Shown: piece by piece, positions 53,346 to 64,000 of the stretch
How positions within the stretch are numbered: the first letter of the stretch is position 1
Layout: every line of letters begins with the position of its first letter
Assembly (NCBI RefSeq): GCF_006345805.1
Contig: NC_043017.1
Coordinates: 30,876,001-30,940,000 of the forward strand
Origin: Octopus sinensis
Taxonomy: Eukaryota
Length of the DNA: 64,000 nucleotides
Reading direction: 5' to 3'
The notes under the pieces: model-generated
The model's input: the letters and a program-made list of their open reading frames with translations, nothing else
Database searches by the model: none
Told to the model about the DNA's origin: nothing
Made by a program: the position numbers and the translations under genes

Positions 53346-54046
53346 TTCAACATACAAACCGCTGTGCAGCAGATGATCGGCTGCTATATATCTTTTACGT
53401 TGTAGAATAAAACACCTGGGTGAAGTTCTTTGATGTTTGATATTGACGTATTTTTATGTCATTTGACATGTATCACATCATTTAAGAATCTGTGTAATTT
53501 TCTACTGTCCGAGAATTAATTCTCTTTTCAATATTATCTCCCAATGTGCAACTAACGGCATGGTTGCATAAGGTTTGGATAATTGTATAACTGACTCTGT
53601 GAGGCTTCTTTTTAATTGTAATTCTAAAGGCAACTGCAAATGTGACCTTTAGGCTATCGTTAACTCCTTCTTACACCTGCGCTTCTTGATTTGGTCAAGT
53701 CATATATATGCAGATTAAATGAGTTCTCCGTGAAATATTATTGTTCTTTGTCAATAGACAAATCAACATGGTTGCTTGATAAATGCTGTATCTGAAACTT
53801 TGGCTTTATGAAATGACTCGAGACTCAATAAAAATTGGATTACTTTTAATTTTATGACAGAGAAAATAAGATTGAAATCCGAGTGACTGTAATACCTTCG
53901 TTTTACAACACAATACCATAATTACGGGTGGCTATACGCATTCAATACTGTAATGGTACAACAAGCAATACACGAAATTGAGATGCGTTCCAATAAAACC
54001 GTGCACTTTTAAACATATAAAGGAACTTTGTTTTCAGTTATTTCAG

Positions 54047-54151
54047 TACTATGTCAAATCAAATTTAGAAATGAAGAAGTGTTTGAAAGTATTTACAGAA
54101 ACTCGACAAAGAAATTCTCTGGATTGCAGAATCCCCGGCGAAAAACACGCG
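54047..54151 (+). CDS. Candidate 105-nt symmetric exon (unidentified gene)
   Basis: TTTGTTTTCAGTTATTTCAG acceptor, CG|GTTAGT donor, two frames open. Confidence 0.25.
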
Positions 54152-54187
54152 GTTAGTGTAAAACGTTTTAGCCGCAAGCATATATAT

Positions 54188-54633
54188 GGAGCAGGAGTGG
54201 CTGTCTGGAGGCGCAGGAGTGTCTGTGTGGTAAGTAGCTTGTTTACCAACCACATGGTTCCGGGTTCAGTCCGACTGCGTGGCACCTTGGGAAAGTGTCT
54301 TCTACTATAGCCTCGGGCCGACCAAAGCCTTGTGAGTGGATTTCGTAGACGGAAACTGAAAGAAGCCTGTCGTATATATGTATATATATATATATGTGTG
54401 TGTGCATGTATGTTTGTGTGTCTGCGTTTGTCCCCCTAGCATTGCTTGACAACCGATGCTGGTGTGTTTATGTCCACGTCACTTAGCGGTTCGGCAAACG
54501 ATACCGATAGAATAAGTACTAGGCTTACAAAGAATAAGTCAAGGGATCGATTTGCTCGACTAAAAAACGGTGCTCCAGCATGGCCACAGTCAAATGACTG
54601 AAACAGGTAAAAGAGTAAAAAGAGTAAAGAGTA
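54188..54633 (+). mobile_element. SINE family A with duplicated 5' head
   Basis: GCAGGAGTGGCTGTCTGGAG-GCGCAGGAGTGTCTGTG. Confidence 0.85.
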
Positions 54634-54692
54634 ATCGGACATACGCGTGGCACATTGGGGCAGGCGTAGCCGTTTGGTAAGAAGCTTGGAAT

Positions 54693-55018
54693 TAAAAGAC
54701 TCCGCCGGTTACGACGACGAGGGTCCCAGCTGATACGATCAACGGAACAGCTTGCTCGTGAAATTAACGTGCAAATGGCTGAGCATTCCACAGACACGTG
54801 TACCCTTAACGTAGTTCTCGGGGATAATCAGCGTGACACAGAGAGTGACAAGGCTGACCCATTGAAATACAAGTACAACTCATTTTTGCCAGCTGAGTGG
54901 ACTGGAGCAACGTGAAATAAAGTGTCTTGCTCAAGGACACAACGCGTCGCCGGGAATCGAACTCACAACCTTACGATCATGAGCCGAATGCCCTAACCAC
55001 TAAGCCACGCGCCCTCAC
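54693..55018 (-). mobile_element. SINE with a second head type and tail Y
   Basis: Head GAGGGCGCGTGGCTTAGTGG, GTGTCCTTGAGCAAGACAC core; TSD AAGAAGCTTGGAAT at 54679-54692 and 55019-55032. Confidence 0.85.
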
Positions 55019-55239
55019 AAGAAGCTTGGAATAGAGATAAGAGGTTGACAACCCTCAGTGTACTTGAAAGTTCCGAGTTTGGAAATAAAATGGAAGAGGC
55101 TTAGCGCCTCATTTTGTTATTAAATTTTGTTAATGAATATTGTGAAAAGTGTAGAGGTTGTTGCCTCATGAACAATACACAAGAGATCAATGTTCTCGGG
55201 GGAGAAATCGATCGGCGGGGGTCGAATTTTTTCCCCCAT

Positions 55240-55840
55240 TACTCTTTTACATGTTTCAGTCATTTGACTGCGGCCATGCGGGAGCACCACATTTAGTCGA
55301 GCAAATCGACCCCTGGGCTTATTCCTTGTAAGCCCAGTACTTATTCTATCGGTCTCTTTTGCCGAACCGCTAAGTGACGGGGACGTAAATACACCAGCAT
55401 CGGTTGTCAAGCAATGCTAGGGGGACAAACACAAACACACAAACACATATATATATATACATATATACGACAGGCTTCTTTCAGTTTCCGTCTACCAAAT
55501 CCACTCACAAGGCTTTGGTCGGCCCGAGGCTATAGCAGAAGATACTTGCCCAAGATGCCCAAGATGCCGAACCGCTAAGTGACGGGGACGTAAACACACC
55601 AGCATTGGTTGTCAAGTAATACTAGGGAGACAAACACAGACACACAAACACATGCACACACACATATATATATATATACATATATACGACAGGCTTCTTT
55701 CAGTTTCCGTCTACCAAATCCACTCACAAGGCTTTGGTCGGTCCGGGGCTATACTTGCCCAAGATGCCACGCAGTGGGACTGAACCCGGAACCATGTGGT
55801 TGGTTAGCAAGCTACTTACCACACAGCCACTCCTGCGCCT
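55240..55840 (-). mobile_element. SINE family A with ~205-bp internal tandem duplication
   Basis: Segment starting GCCGAACCGCTAAG occurs at 55361 and again at 55566. Confidence 0.85.
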
Positions 55841-55923
55841 TTTAATCATCTTTTTAATTTTCATTTCATATAACATTACGTCTACGTCCAGCCCGCAGCT
55901 TCCTTTTTTTGTGTAAGGCCTTA

Positions 55924-56305
55924 TCTCTCTCTATATAAACGGCAGTTTGTCTGTGTGTGTTTCTGTGTGTCTGTTTGGTTGTACCCTCACTCTGACCACG
56001 GCTTTCAACCGATTCTGATGAAACTTGTCACACACGTAGCCCAATGTCATAATTCAAAACTAACGCAGCGAAAATTTTGAAAAGTTCCCCCATTTCTGAA
56101 AAAATCGATAAATTCGACATGGGTCGAGAATCAGAAACACAAACCACAGACTGTCTAGGGGACGCAACTCCACCTTTTTAACTCTCAAAAAAAATTTACC
56201 ATCATTTTTTTCCAACTTTTTGGCTATATTTTGGCTATAACTATCTAAAAATGCTTTATAGTTATTTCCCTTACAAACCCGAGCAACGCCGGGCGATACT
56301 GCTAG
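55924..56305 (+). mobile_element. Non-autonomous Helitron, second subfamily (different 5' half)
   Basis: A|TCTCTCTCTATATAAACGGC... with the same 3' ~90 bp and CTAG|T end as the other three. Confidence 0.75.
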
Positions 56306-56503
56306 TGGCCAATAAAAAGAAACAAAGAAGCTTGGTTCCCAACCACATAGTTCAGATTTCAGCCGGTAATACATGTATATGTGTGCATGCGCGCGCTTGT
56401 GTGTATGTCTTTCTGTCTGTGCTTGTCTCCCACCACCGGTTGACAGCCGGTACTCGGGTATTTACGTCTCCGTAAGCTAGCGGTTCGGTAAAAGCGATGA
56501 TAG

Positions 56504-56890
56504 TGGAGGCGCAATGGCCCAGTAGTTAGGGCAGCGGACTCGCGGTCATAGGATCACGGTTTCGATTCCCCAGACCTGGCGTTGTGAGTGTTTATTGAGC
56601 GAAAACACCTAAAGCTCCACGAGGCTCCGGAAGGGCATGGTGGTGATCCCTGCTGTACTCTTTCACCACAACTTTCTCTCACTCTTACTTCCTGTTTCTG
56701 TTGTACCTGTATTTCAAAGGGCCGGCCTTGTCACTCTCTGTGTCACGCTAAATATCCCCGAGAACTACGTTAAGCGTACACGTGTCTGTGGAGTGCTCAG
56801 CCACTTACACGTTTATTTCACGAGCAGGCTGTTCCGTTGATTCGGATCAACCGGAACCCTCGTCGTCGTAACCGACGGAGTGCTTCCTCC
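56504..56890 (+). mobile_element. tRNA-Arg-like SINE, tail Y, nested in a decayed SINE A
   Basis: TSD AAAAGCGATGATAG at 56490-56503 and 56891-56904. Confidence 0.9.
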
Positions 56891-57488
56891 AAAAGCGATG
56901 ATAGAATAAGAAACAGATTAAAAAATGCTATGGGCTCGATACATTCGACTAATTACTCTTCAAGATAATGCCCCGGCATTGCCGCAGTCTAATGAGTGGA
57001 ACACGTGAAAGTTAAAAGATAAAATAGAATAAATAAACAAATTCATGAAGAGTTTCCAATGATAGCATTGCCAAATTTATCAGGTACACATGACAATAGA
57101 ACTGTTTTAAATTGGTTCTGAATACCTTAAATTACCATTGTTTTCACAAATCACACATACAGGCTAAACTGATCATGAGCGCTGCTCATCATTGACTATT
57201 ATTTTCATTGTAGTTTTTTTGCAACAAAAAACTTGTACAAATTAATGTAAATATACATTTATGTGAGAATGTGTATTAACAACCATATGTAAGGACATGT
57301 GTGTTTGCGCGCTTGTGTCTGTTTGCGCGTGAAGCAGCGTTGAATTAAATATATATAAAATATATTCGGGTGATGTCGCTTTTAACACGCACGAAGGCAT
57401 TCAGTCATGAAACGAGAGTCTGCTGTGAAAATAGCCCCTGAAGAAATCTTCTCCTAAACGATGTAATTTCAAACTCACTAGCAGTTGA

Positions 57489-57666
57489 GCAGGAGTGGCC
57501 GTGTGGTAAGTAGCTTGCTTACCAACCACATGGTTCCGGGTTCAGTCCCACTGCGTGGCATCTTGGGCAAGTGTCTTCTACTATAGCCCCGGGCCGACCA
57601 ATGCCTTGTGAGTGGATTTGGTAGACGGAAACTGAAAGAAGCCTGTCGTATATATGTATATATATA

Positions 57667-57727
<61 letters not shown>

Positions 57728-57930
57728 TTATGTGTCTGTGTTTGTCCCCCTAGAATTGCTTGACAACCGATGCTGATGTGTTTACGTTCCCGTTACTTAG
57801 CGGTTCGGCAAAAAAGAGACCGGTAGAATAAGTACTGGGCTTACAAAGAATAAGTCCCGGGGTCGATTTGCTCGACTAAAGGCGGTGCTCCAGCATGGCC
57901 GCAGTCAAATGACTGAAACAAGTAAAAGAA
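57489..57930 (+). mobile_element. SINE family A
   Basis: Full-length. Confidence 0.9.
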
Positions 57931-58170
57931 ACAGTAAAGTGTTCTAGCTTGACCACGATGCATGATTTTCATAAACTCCTCATATGCTGTTCGAATATAA
58001 GAAGGAACTAAGTTCGCAAGCTTGTGGAATCTTTAGAACATCAGACGATATAAATACGCAGTGGCATTTAGTCCGTCTTGACGATCTAAGTTCAAATTCC
58101 AGCGAGGTCCGCTTTGCCTTTCACCCTTACAGGGATGATAATATAAACACTACCAAGGATGATAATATAA

Positions 58171-58401
58171 GGCGCCGAGCTGGCAGAAACGTTAGCACGC
58201 CGGGCGAAATGCGTAGCCGTATTTCGTCTGCCCTTACGTTTTGAGTTCAAATTCCGCCGAGGTCGACTTTGCCTTTCATCCTTTCGGGGTCGATAAATTA
58301 AGTACCAGTTACGTACTGGGGTCGATGTAATCGGCTTAATCCGTTTTTCTGTCCTTGTTTGTTCTCTCTGTATTTAGCCCCTTGTGGGTAGTAAAGAAAT
58401 A
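58171..58401 (+). mobile_element. SINE family M nested in an older M-like SINE
   Basis: TSD GATAATATAA; the older host (58011-58469) has its own 19-bp repeat CGAATATAAGAAGGAACTA on each side. Confidence 0.85.
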
Positions 58402-58742
58402 GATAATATAAACTGGAAGCGACTTAGCCTCTCCCCCAATATCTGCTGGTCTTGTGCCAAAATTTGAAACGAATATAAGAAGGAACTATTTCTCTTGGGG
58501 CTGTAGAAGGCAGACGATGTGGTCGTCGCTTCGTACAGAAAAGAATGCGGAAGCGCATGTATTCATGCAGCGGAGGGTTTTCACGCCCAAGTGTGCAAAG
58601 AAGAAATTGGAAATTGGGAAGTTAATAATTATTTATCATTAACAGCAATTACACATGCACCAATTAGCTGTTAATAAACAGTTATTAACTCCCCAATCTC
58701 CATTTTTTTCTTCTTTTAAATGTATATAAACTATGATTTAAT

Positions 58743-59117
58743 GGAAGCACTTCGTCGGTTACGACGATGAGGGTTCCGGTTGATCCGAATCAACGGAACA
58801 GCCTGTTCGTGAAATTAACGTGTAAGTGACTGAGCACTCCACAGACACGTGTACCCTTAACGTAGTTCTCGGGGATATTCAGCGTGAGACAGAGAGTGAC
58901 AAGGCCGACCCTTTGAAATACAGATACAACAGAAACAGGAAGTAAGAGTGAGAGAAAGTTGTGGTGAAAGAGTACAGCAGGGATCACCACCATCCCCTGC
59001 CGGAGCCTCGTGGAGCTTTTAGGTGTTTTCGCTCAATAAACACTCACAACGCCCGGTCTGGGAATCGAAACCGCGATCCTATGACCGCGAGTCCACTGCC
59101 CTAACCACTGGGCCATT
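58743..59117 (-). mobile_element. tRNA-Arg-like SINE, tail Y
   Basis: Homologous to 56504-56890. Confidence 0.9.
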
Positions 59118-59371
59118 AACTATTATTTCAAGGAAATTCATTCTCCAAAAATAACAGTATTCGCTTGGACGAAACAATGCTTTATAAGGTTAAACAACCT
59201 CTAATTAAATAATTATATTTCCGAAGAGGAAAACTATAATTAACATTAAATATAACAGAGGGTGTACACAATTCTATACACGGTAACGATTCACTAAATC
59301 ATACATAGATTTCTATGGAGTAGGCATATATACTGCTGGCGATCTTATCCAGAAACTAGTGAGTTGCGCCA

Positions 59372-59418
59372 ACCCTACTGATGAGGCTTCGTTTATAAAG
59401 CCAAAAATGTTGAGGGTC
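59372..59418 (+). ncRNA. Decayed hammerhead ribozyme
   Basis: ACCCUA [CUGAUGA] GGCUU...AAGCC AAAA AUGUU GAGGGU; perfect 5-bp stem II but G12 is A. Confidence 0.45.
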
Positions 59419-59948
59419 AAGGGATATCACGACTACCACTGTACTGTCGCTGTTAGTAAGTATGTATACAATTATGCGCTTTGTATGCATCATCAGAGTA
59501 CTTTAGCTCTCACTTTTAGCATTGTAGATTTTCTCACACCCTGTCATGCGTGTGTGTGTGTTTGTTTGTGTGTGTGTGTGTCCATAATCTTGCGCCCGAA
59601 GGGAGCTTCCCTCCCTTGTTAGTCACTAAAATCGTGCTTCTTTGGCTGTTGAGTTGTTGTCCCTCCTATTTCTAGCAATGCTGGTGCTTATTAACGCCCA
59701 GTGTTACTGTAGCTACATGGATATTTCTGCATCTAGGGTGTAAAACTGTGAATTAGCCACCCATATTATATATATATATTATATATATATATATATATTA
59801 TATATATATAATATATATATATATATAATATATATATACGTATATATGTATATATATATATTTATCTTTTATTAAACTTTAATACTTTTGATATATATTA
59901 AAAAAAATCAATTAATAAATAAAATAATATATAAATATAAAAATATAC

Positions 59949-60009
<61 letters not shown>

Positions 60010-60124
60010 AAATTTATAAGTTTAATTATTTAAAACTTTTTTTATTTTTAACTTTTATATTTTAAATTAATTTTATGTATGGCTTATGTTTGATTTGCCT
60101 AATAGTGGTTTTATCTCCAATTTA

Positions 60125-60174
<50 letters not shown>

Positions 60175-60176
<2 letters not shown>

Positions 60177-60330
60177 AAGAATTCGCGAAAAAATCAAAAG
60201 ACGAAGACAGGTGGTGCACAAAATAAACAGATGTATTAGTATCATACCCGGTAATTGAAAAAAGTCTTTTACGTTTCGAGCCTACGCTCTTCTACAGAAA
60301 GGAACACAGAAAGAAACAAAGAGAGAGAAA
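60175..60330 (-). mobile_element. PLE-like terminal fragment, family C, with minimal hammerhead at 60264-60302
   Basis: Minus: CUUU [CUGUAGA] A GAGC-GUAG-GCUC [GAAA] CGUA^AAAG. Confidence 0.55.
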
Positions 60331-60491
60331 AAATGGGTGTAGTGGCTACCGATATATATAGATATATGATTAGGAGATTTCTCAAAAAAACACAAAAGAT
60401 GAAGACAGGTGGTGTAGACAACAGTCAGATGTGTGTGTGTGTGTTCTATATGTGCGTTGTATCTATATATATATGTATGTGTATATATATA

Positions 60492-60556
<65 letters not shown>

Positions 60557-60557
60557 G

Positions 60558-60592
<35 letters not shown>

Positions 60593-60719
60593 CCTTATAC
60601 ATACTAATACATACTAATACATACACCAACCCTATACTTACACACGTCCAGACCCCTCCTACGCACTAATAGCTGGTCATTCAACCCTATTATCAACCCT
60701 ATTATCTCCCCTTATTTCG

Positions 60720-60985
60720 CTCTCGCGTCTCATGTTTGATCTTTGACCTCTAGCCGAAATCAGATCGCCATGTTGATTCGTTAGTTACTGCACGCATTTT
60801 TTTTCTCTCCTTCTTTCTGTGTTTTTTTTTCTCTCTGTGTATCTTTCTGTTGAAGAGCGTAGGCTCGAAACGTTAAAGACTTGTTTTATTTATATTTCCT
60901 GAGCGCCATACTAATACAATTGTTTGTTTGTTTTCCACCTGCCTTCGTCTTTTGTCTATTTTCATAAAGCTTCCCGTTATATATA
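60720..60985 (+). mobile_element. PLE-like terminal fragment, family B, with minimal hammerhead at 60842-60879
   Basis: UCUUU [CUGUUGA] A GAGC-GUAG-GCUC [GAAA] CGUU^AAAGA; 3' end runs into (TA)n. Confidence 0.6.
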
Positions 60986-61689
60986 TATATATATATATAT
61001 AAATCAAAATGAGGGTGAAAAAATTGGATATTAGTGTGCTAAATTTTTCTTGAGAAAAATTCTTAGTGGTTGAGACTCATGCGGATCTCTTTTGGGCATA
61101 AGGGCGTCCACATAGTGGATTCCCTCTCATATTTATATATATATATATATTTACAAGCGTAAGTGAATAAGTCTGTGCGACAGAGGAAGCGTATTTTTGT
61201 GGAGTACGTTCGTAATTGCAAAGGCATTAACATATGTTAGTTTATCCGATGTTAGGTTGTTAAACAAGATAATAAACAAGTAGTTAGATAGAAAGACAAA
61301 TTAAGAAATAAACCGTTAGATGTGTAAATACATGGAGAAAGAAAATATTAAAGAAAATGAAGCAACATTAGACTGGAGAGTGTACACGCACGTAGTAGAC
61401 TGGCAATTCCTGGGGGCGAAAAGTTTGAGGAATAATAAAAAAAAAACAAATAAAAAACTTAAAAAAAAAAAGAAATGTACTGATAAAAAGAGTTCTTCCA
61501 GACGAAGAGAGAATGTTAATTTTAAACATTTTTATTTAGAATTCCATGCGTAACTTTAGAAAAATATTTCTGAGTCTGGAAAAAAATATAGTTTTGTACA
61601 ACATGACATTTCTATGTATGTTATACACTGTGTGAATATGAACGATCGATGTGTTACCTGTACTGTGTAGCTGTATAAAAGTTCATATA

Positions 61690-61720
61690 TTTACAGCTAT
61701 ACACACACACACACGCACGC

Positions 61721-61761
<41 letters not shown>

Positions 61762-61807
61762 AACACACACACACATATAAATGTGTGTGCGCGTATGTGT
61801 ATACATA

Positions 61808-61841
<34 letters not shown>

Positions 61842-61875
61842 TACACATACAAAACACACACAAAAACACACACAA

Positions 61876-61907
<32 letters not shown>

Positions 61908-62180
61908 GCTATCATACGCATGCACACACTCGCACATTTATGCGTGTTTCTAGATTATGTAGGTTTTCTTGCATATACATATTTAGCTGTATTTGCACGT
62001 ATATAAAATTTTAGCTATGGATATATAAAGATATATATATATATGTGTGTGTGTGTGTGTATACATAGATATAATGTGTCTATATATCTATACTTCTACA
62101 TCTCTCTCTTCCTCTTTCTCCCACTCTCTATGTATACATACATACAGACAGACACACACACACATATATATATATAAATG

Positions 62181-62214
<34 letters not shown>

Positions 62215-62258
62215 AATATATATGTATTTATATATATATATATAATATATATTATAAG

Positions 62259-62289
<31 letters not shown>

Positions 62290-62360
62290 CTAAATATATA
62301 TATATATATGTTTATATATATATTATAAGTATATATATATATATATATTTATATACGCTA
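61690..62360. repeat. Long compound (AC)n/(AT)n microsatellite field
   Basis: Direct reading; one of many such fields (e.g. 17505-17810, 21950-22340, 59760-60175). Confidence 0.9.
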
Positions 62361-62870
62361 TAAAAGAATACACGCATATATGTAGTGCACTTACCTAGAT
62401 TGATATATGCCCGAGTGTGTATGTACATGCGTATATAGCAGCGTTGTAGAGAGATAAGCAATTGAATATTCGAATCTTAATGCATATTACTTTCTTCACG
62501 TGTATTTTTTGCAGCAATTTCAACACACTATTCTATATATTGTACAGATTTATATCAATTTTAAATATATATTTTTCTAACATGTACACAGCGAAAGATA
62601 CGAAGATACCGTACCGTACACAACGACACTGTAACACACAAGCATACTCCCATTTACACACAGACAAGTACACACAAACACATACATATATTTATGTGTG
62701 TGCTTGTGCGTGTGTGTGTGTATGTGAGTGTGTGTGTGTGTGTGTGTGTGTTATTCCGTGTAGGGGTAACATATATATCTGCATAGTCTTGAATTATATT
62801 AACTGTATTTTCAAGTTTATTGGATTTCATCAAGAATAACAGAGACAAAATATCTAAAGTGTAAATGATA

Positions 62871-63273
62871 GGCGCAGGAGTGGCTGTGTGGTAAGTAGCT
62901 TGTTTAGCAACCGCATGGTTCCGGGTTCAGTCCCACTGCGTGGCACCTTGGGCAAGTGTCTTCTACTATAGCCTCGTGTCGACCAAAGCCTTGTCAGTGG
63001 ATTTGGTAGACAGAAACTGAAAAGAAGCCCGTCGTATATATGTATATATATGTATATATGCATGTGTATATGTTTGTGTGTCTGTTTGTCCCCCTAGCAT
63101 TGCTTGACAACCGATGCTTTTATGGTTACGTCCCCGTTACTTAGCGGTTCGGCAAAAGAGACCGATAGAATAAGTACTGGGTTTACAAAAGAATAAGTCC
63201 CGGGGTCGATTTGCTAGACTAAAAGGCGGTGCTCCAGCATGGCCGCAGTCAAATTACTGAAACAAGCAAAAGA
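62871..63273 (+). mobile_element. SINE family A
   Basis: Full-length. Confidence 0.9.
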
Positions 63274-63749
63274 TATATACAGTTTACTTGCAGCGGGTGT
63301 TTAATTAGAAGAAGAGAAATTTGAATTTCAAATTTAATTTAATTTTTAAAAAAAAATTGTTAATAATTTTCAGTTGGTAATATTCCTTATCTGGAAAACA
63401 ATATAAGACTGCTTTTTCGTTTCTATCGCTTTGACATACAATTATAAATATATACGTTTATGTAAGTTTGACTGTAGGAAATTTATAATACAAAATATAA
63501 GTTAAAAATCAAGCTATTTTAATTTATTCAGTGAGTTTTAAAAACAACATGGAGTAGCAAGATTTTGTTCATATAACGAAATAACGAACAAAATTTCTTT
63601 GTCATTTCCAGTATGCATTATTTTTCCTCTCAACCATATTCACAACAATTTTATTTCCAGTGTATGCATATTTTTACGTTTAGGATATGTACTTTGGCAG
63701 TTATCAACATTTCTGGGACACAAAATAATTCGTCGAATATGAACGTATA

Positions 63750-63990
63750 TATACATAACGGGAAAGTTTACGAAAATAAACAAAAGACGAAGGCAGGTGA
63801 AGTGCAAACAAACAAATGTATTAGTATAGCGCTGAGGAATAGAAATAGAAAAAGTATTTTACGTTTCGAGCCTACGCTCTTCGACAGAAAGATACACAGA
63901 AAAAAAAGGGAGAGAAATAAGGAGAGAAAAACATGCGTGTAGGAGTTAACGATCTATCATGGCGTCCTGACTTCGGTACGCATATAAACA
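63750..63990 (-). mobile_element. PLE-like terminal fragment, family B, with minimal hammerhead at 63855-63893
   Basis: Minus: UCUUU [CUGUCGA] A GAGC-GUAG-GCUC [GAAA] CGUA^AAAUA. Confidence 0.55.
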
Positions 63991-64000
63991 TGTGTGTGAG

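Noticed and set aside
59760-60175. Almost pure A/T stretch echoing the 36135/44250 repeat family
   Set aside because: G/C depletion next to long (AT)n suggests low-quality base calls or extreme decay; not interpretable.

Overview
AT-rich eukaryotic genomic DNA (no prokaryotic operon, CRISPR array, rRNA or true tRNA gene), almost entirely repeats. The SINE families and the very dense (AT)n/(GT)n/(GATA)n microsatellites suggest an octopod cephalopod (inference from recalled repeat families, not checked). No host gene could be identified; only weak + strand splice-signal exon candidates exist, and nearly all supplied ORFs are microsatellite or SINE read-through. The window holds about 20 copies of a tRNA-headed SINE with an internal microsatellite, about 15 copies of a second SINE, modular tRNA-Arg-like SINEs, four A|TC...CTAG|T non-autonomous Helitrons, decayed CR1/L2-, RTE- and Tc1/mariner-type fragments, and a 100-N gap. 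The main finding is a dense set of type I hammerhead-ribozyme (HHR) motifs of about 8 unrelated sequence families. One has a fully canonical core (2703-2802, minus) and one is near-canonical (36885-36993). Two multi-copy minimal families carry a fixed non-canonical core residue (A6U or U4C) plus an extra A after A9. Several sit in fold-back structures, and most abut (TA)n tracts, as expected for Penelope-like element (PLE) termini. All structures were derived by eye; none was computed or tested.
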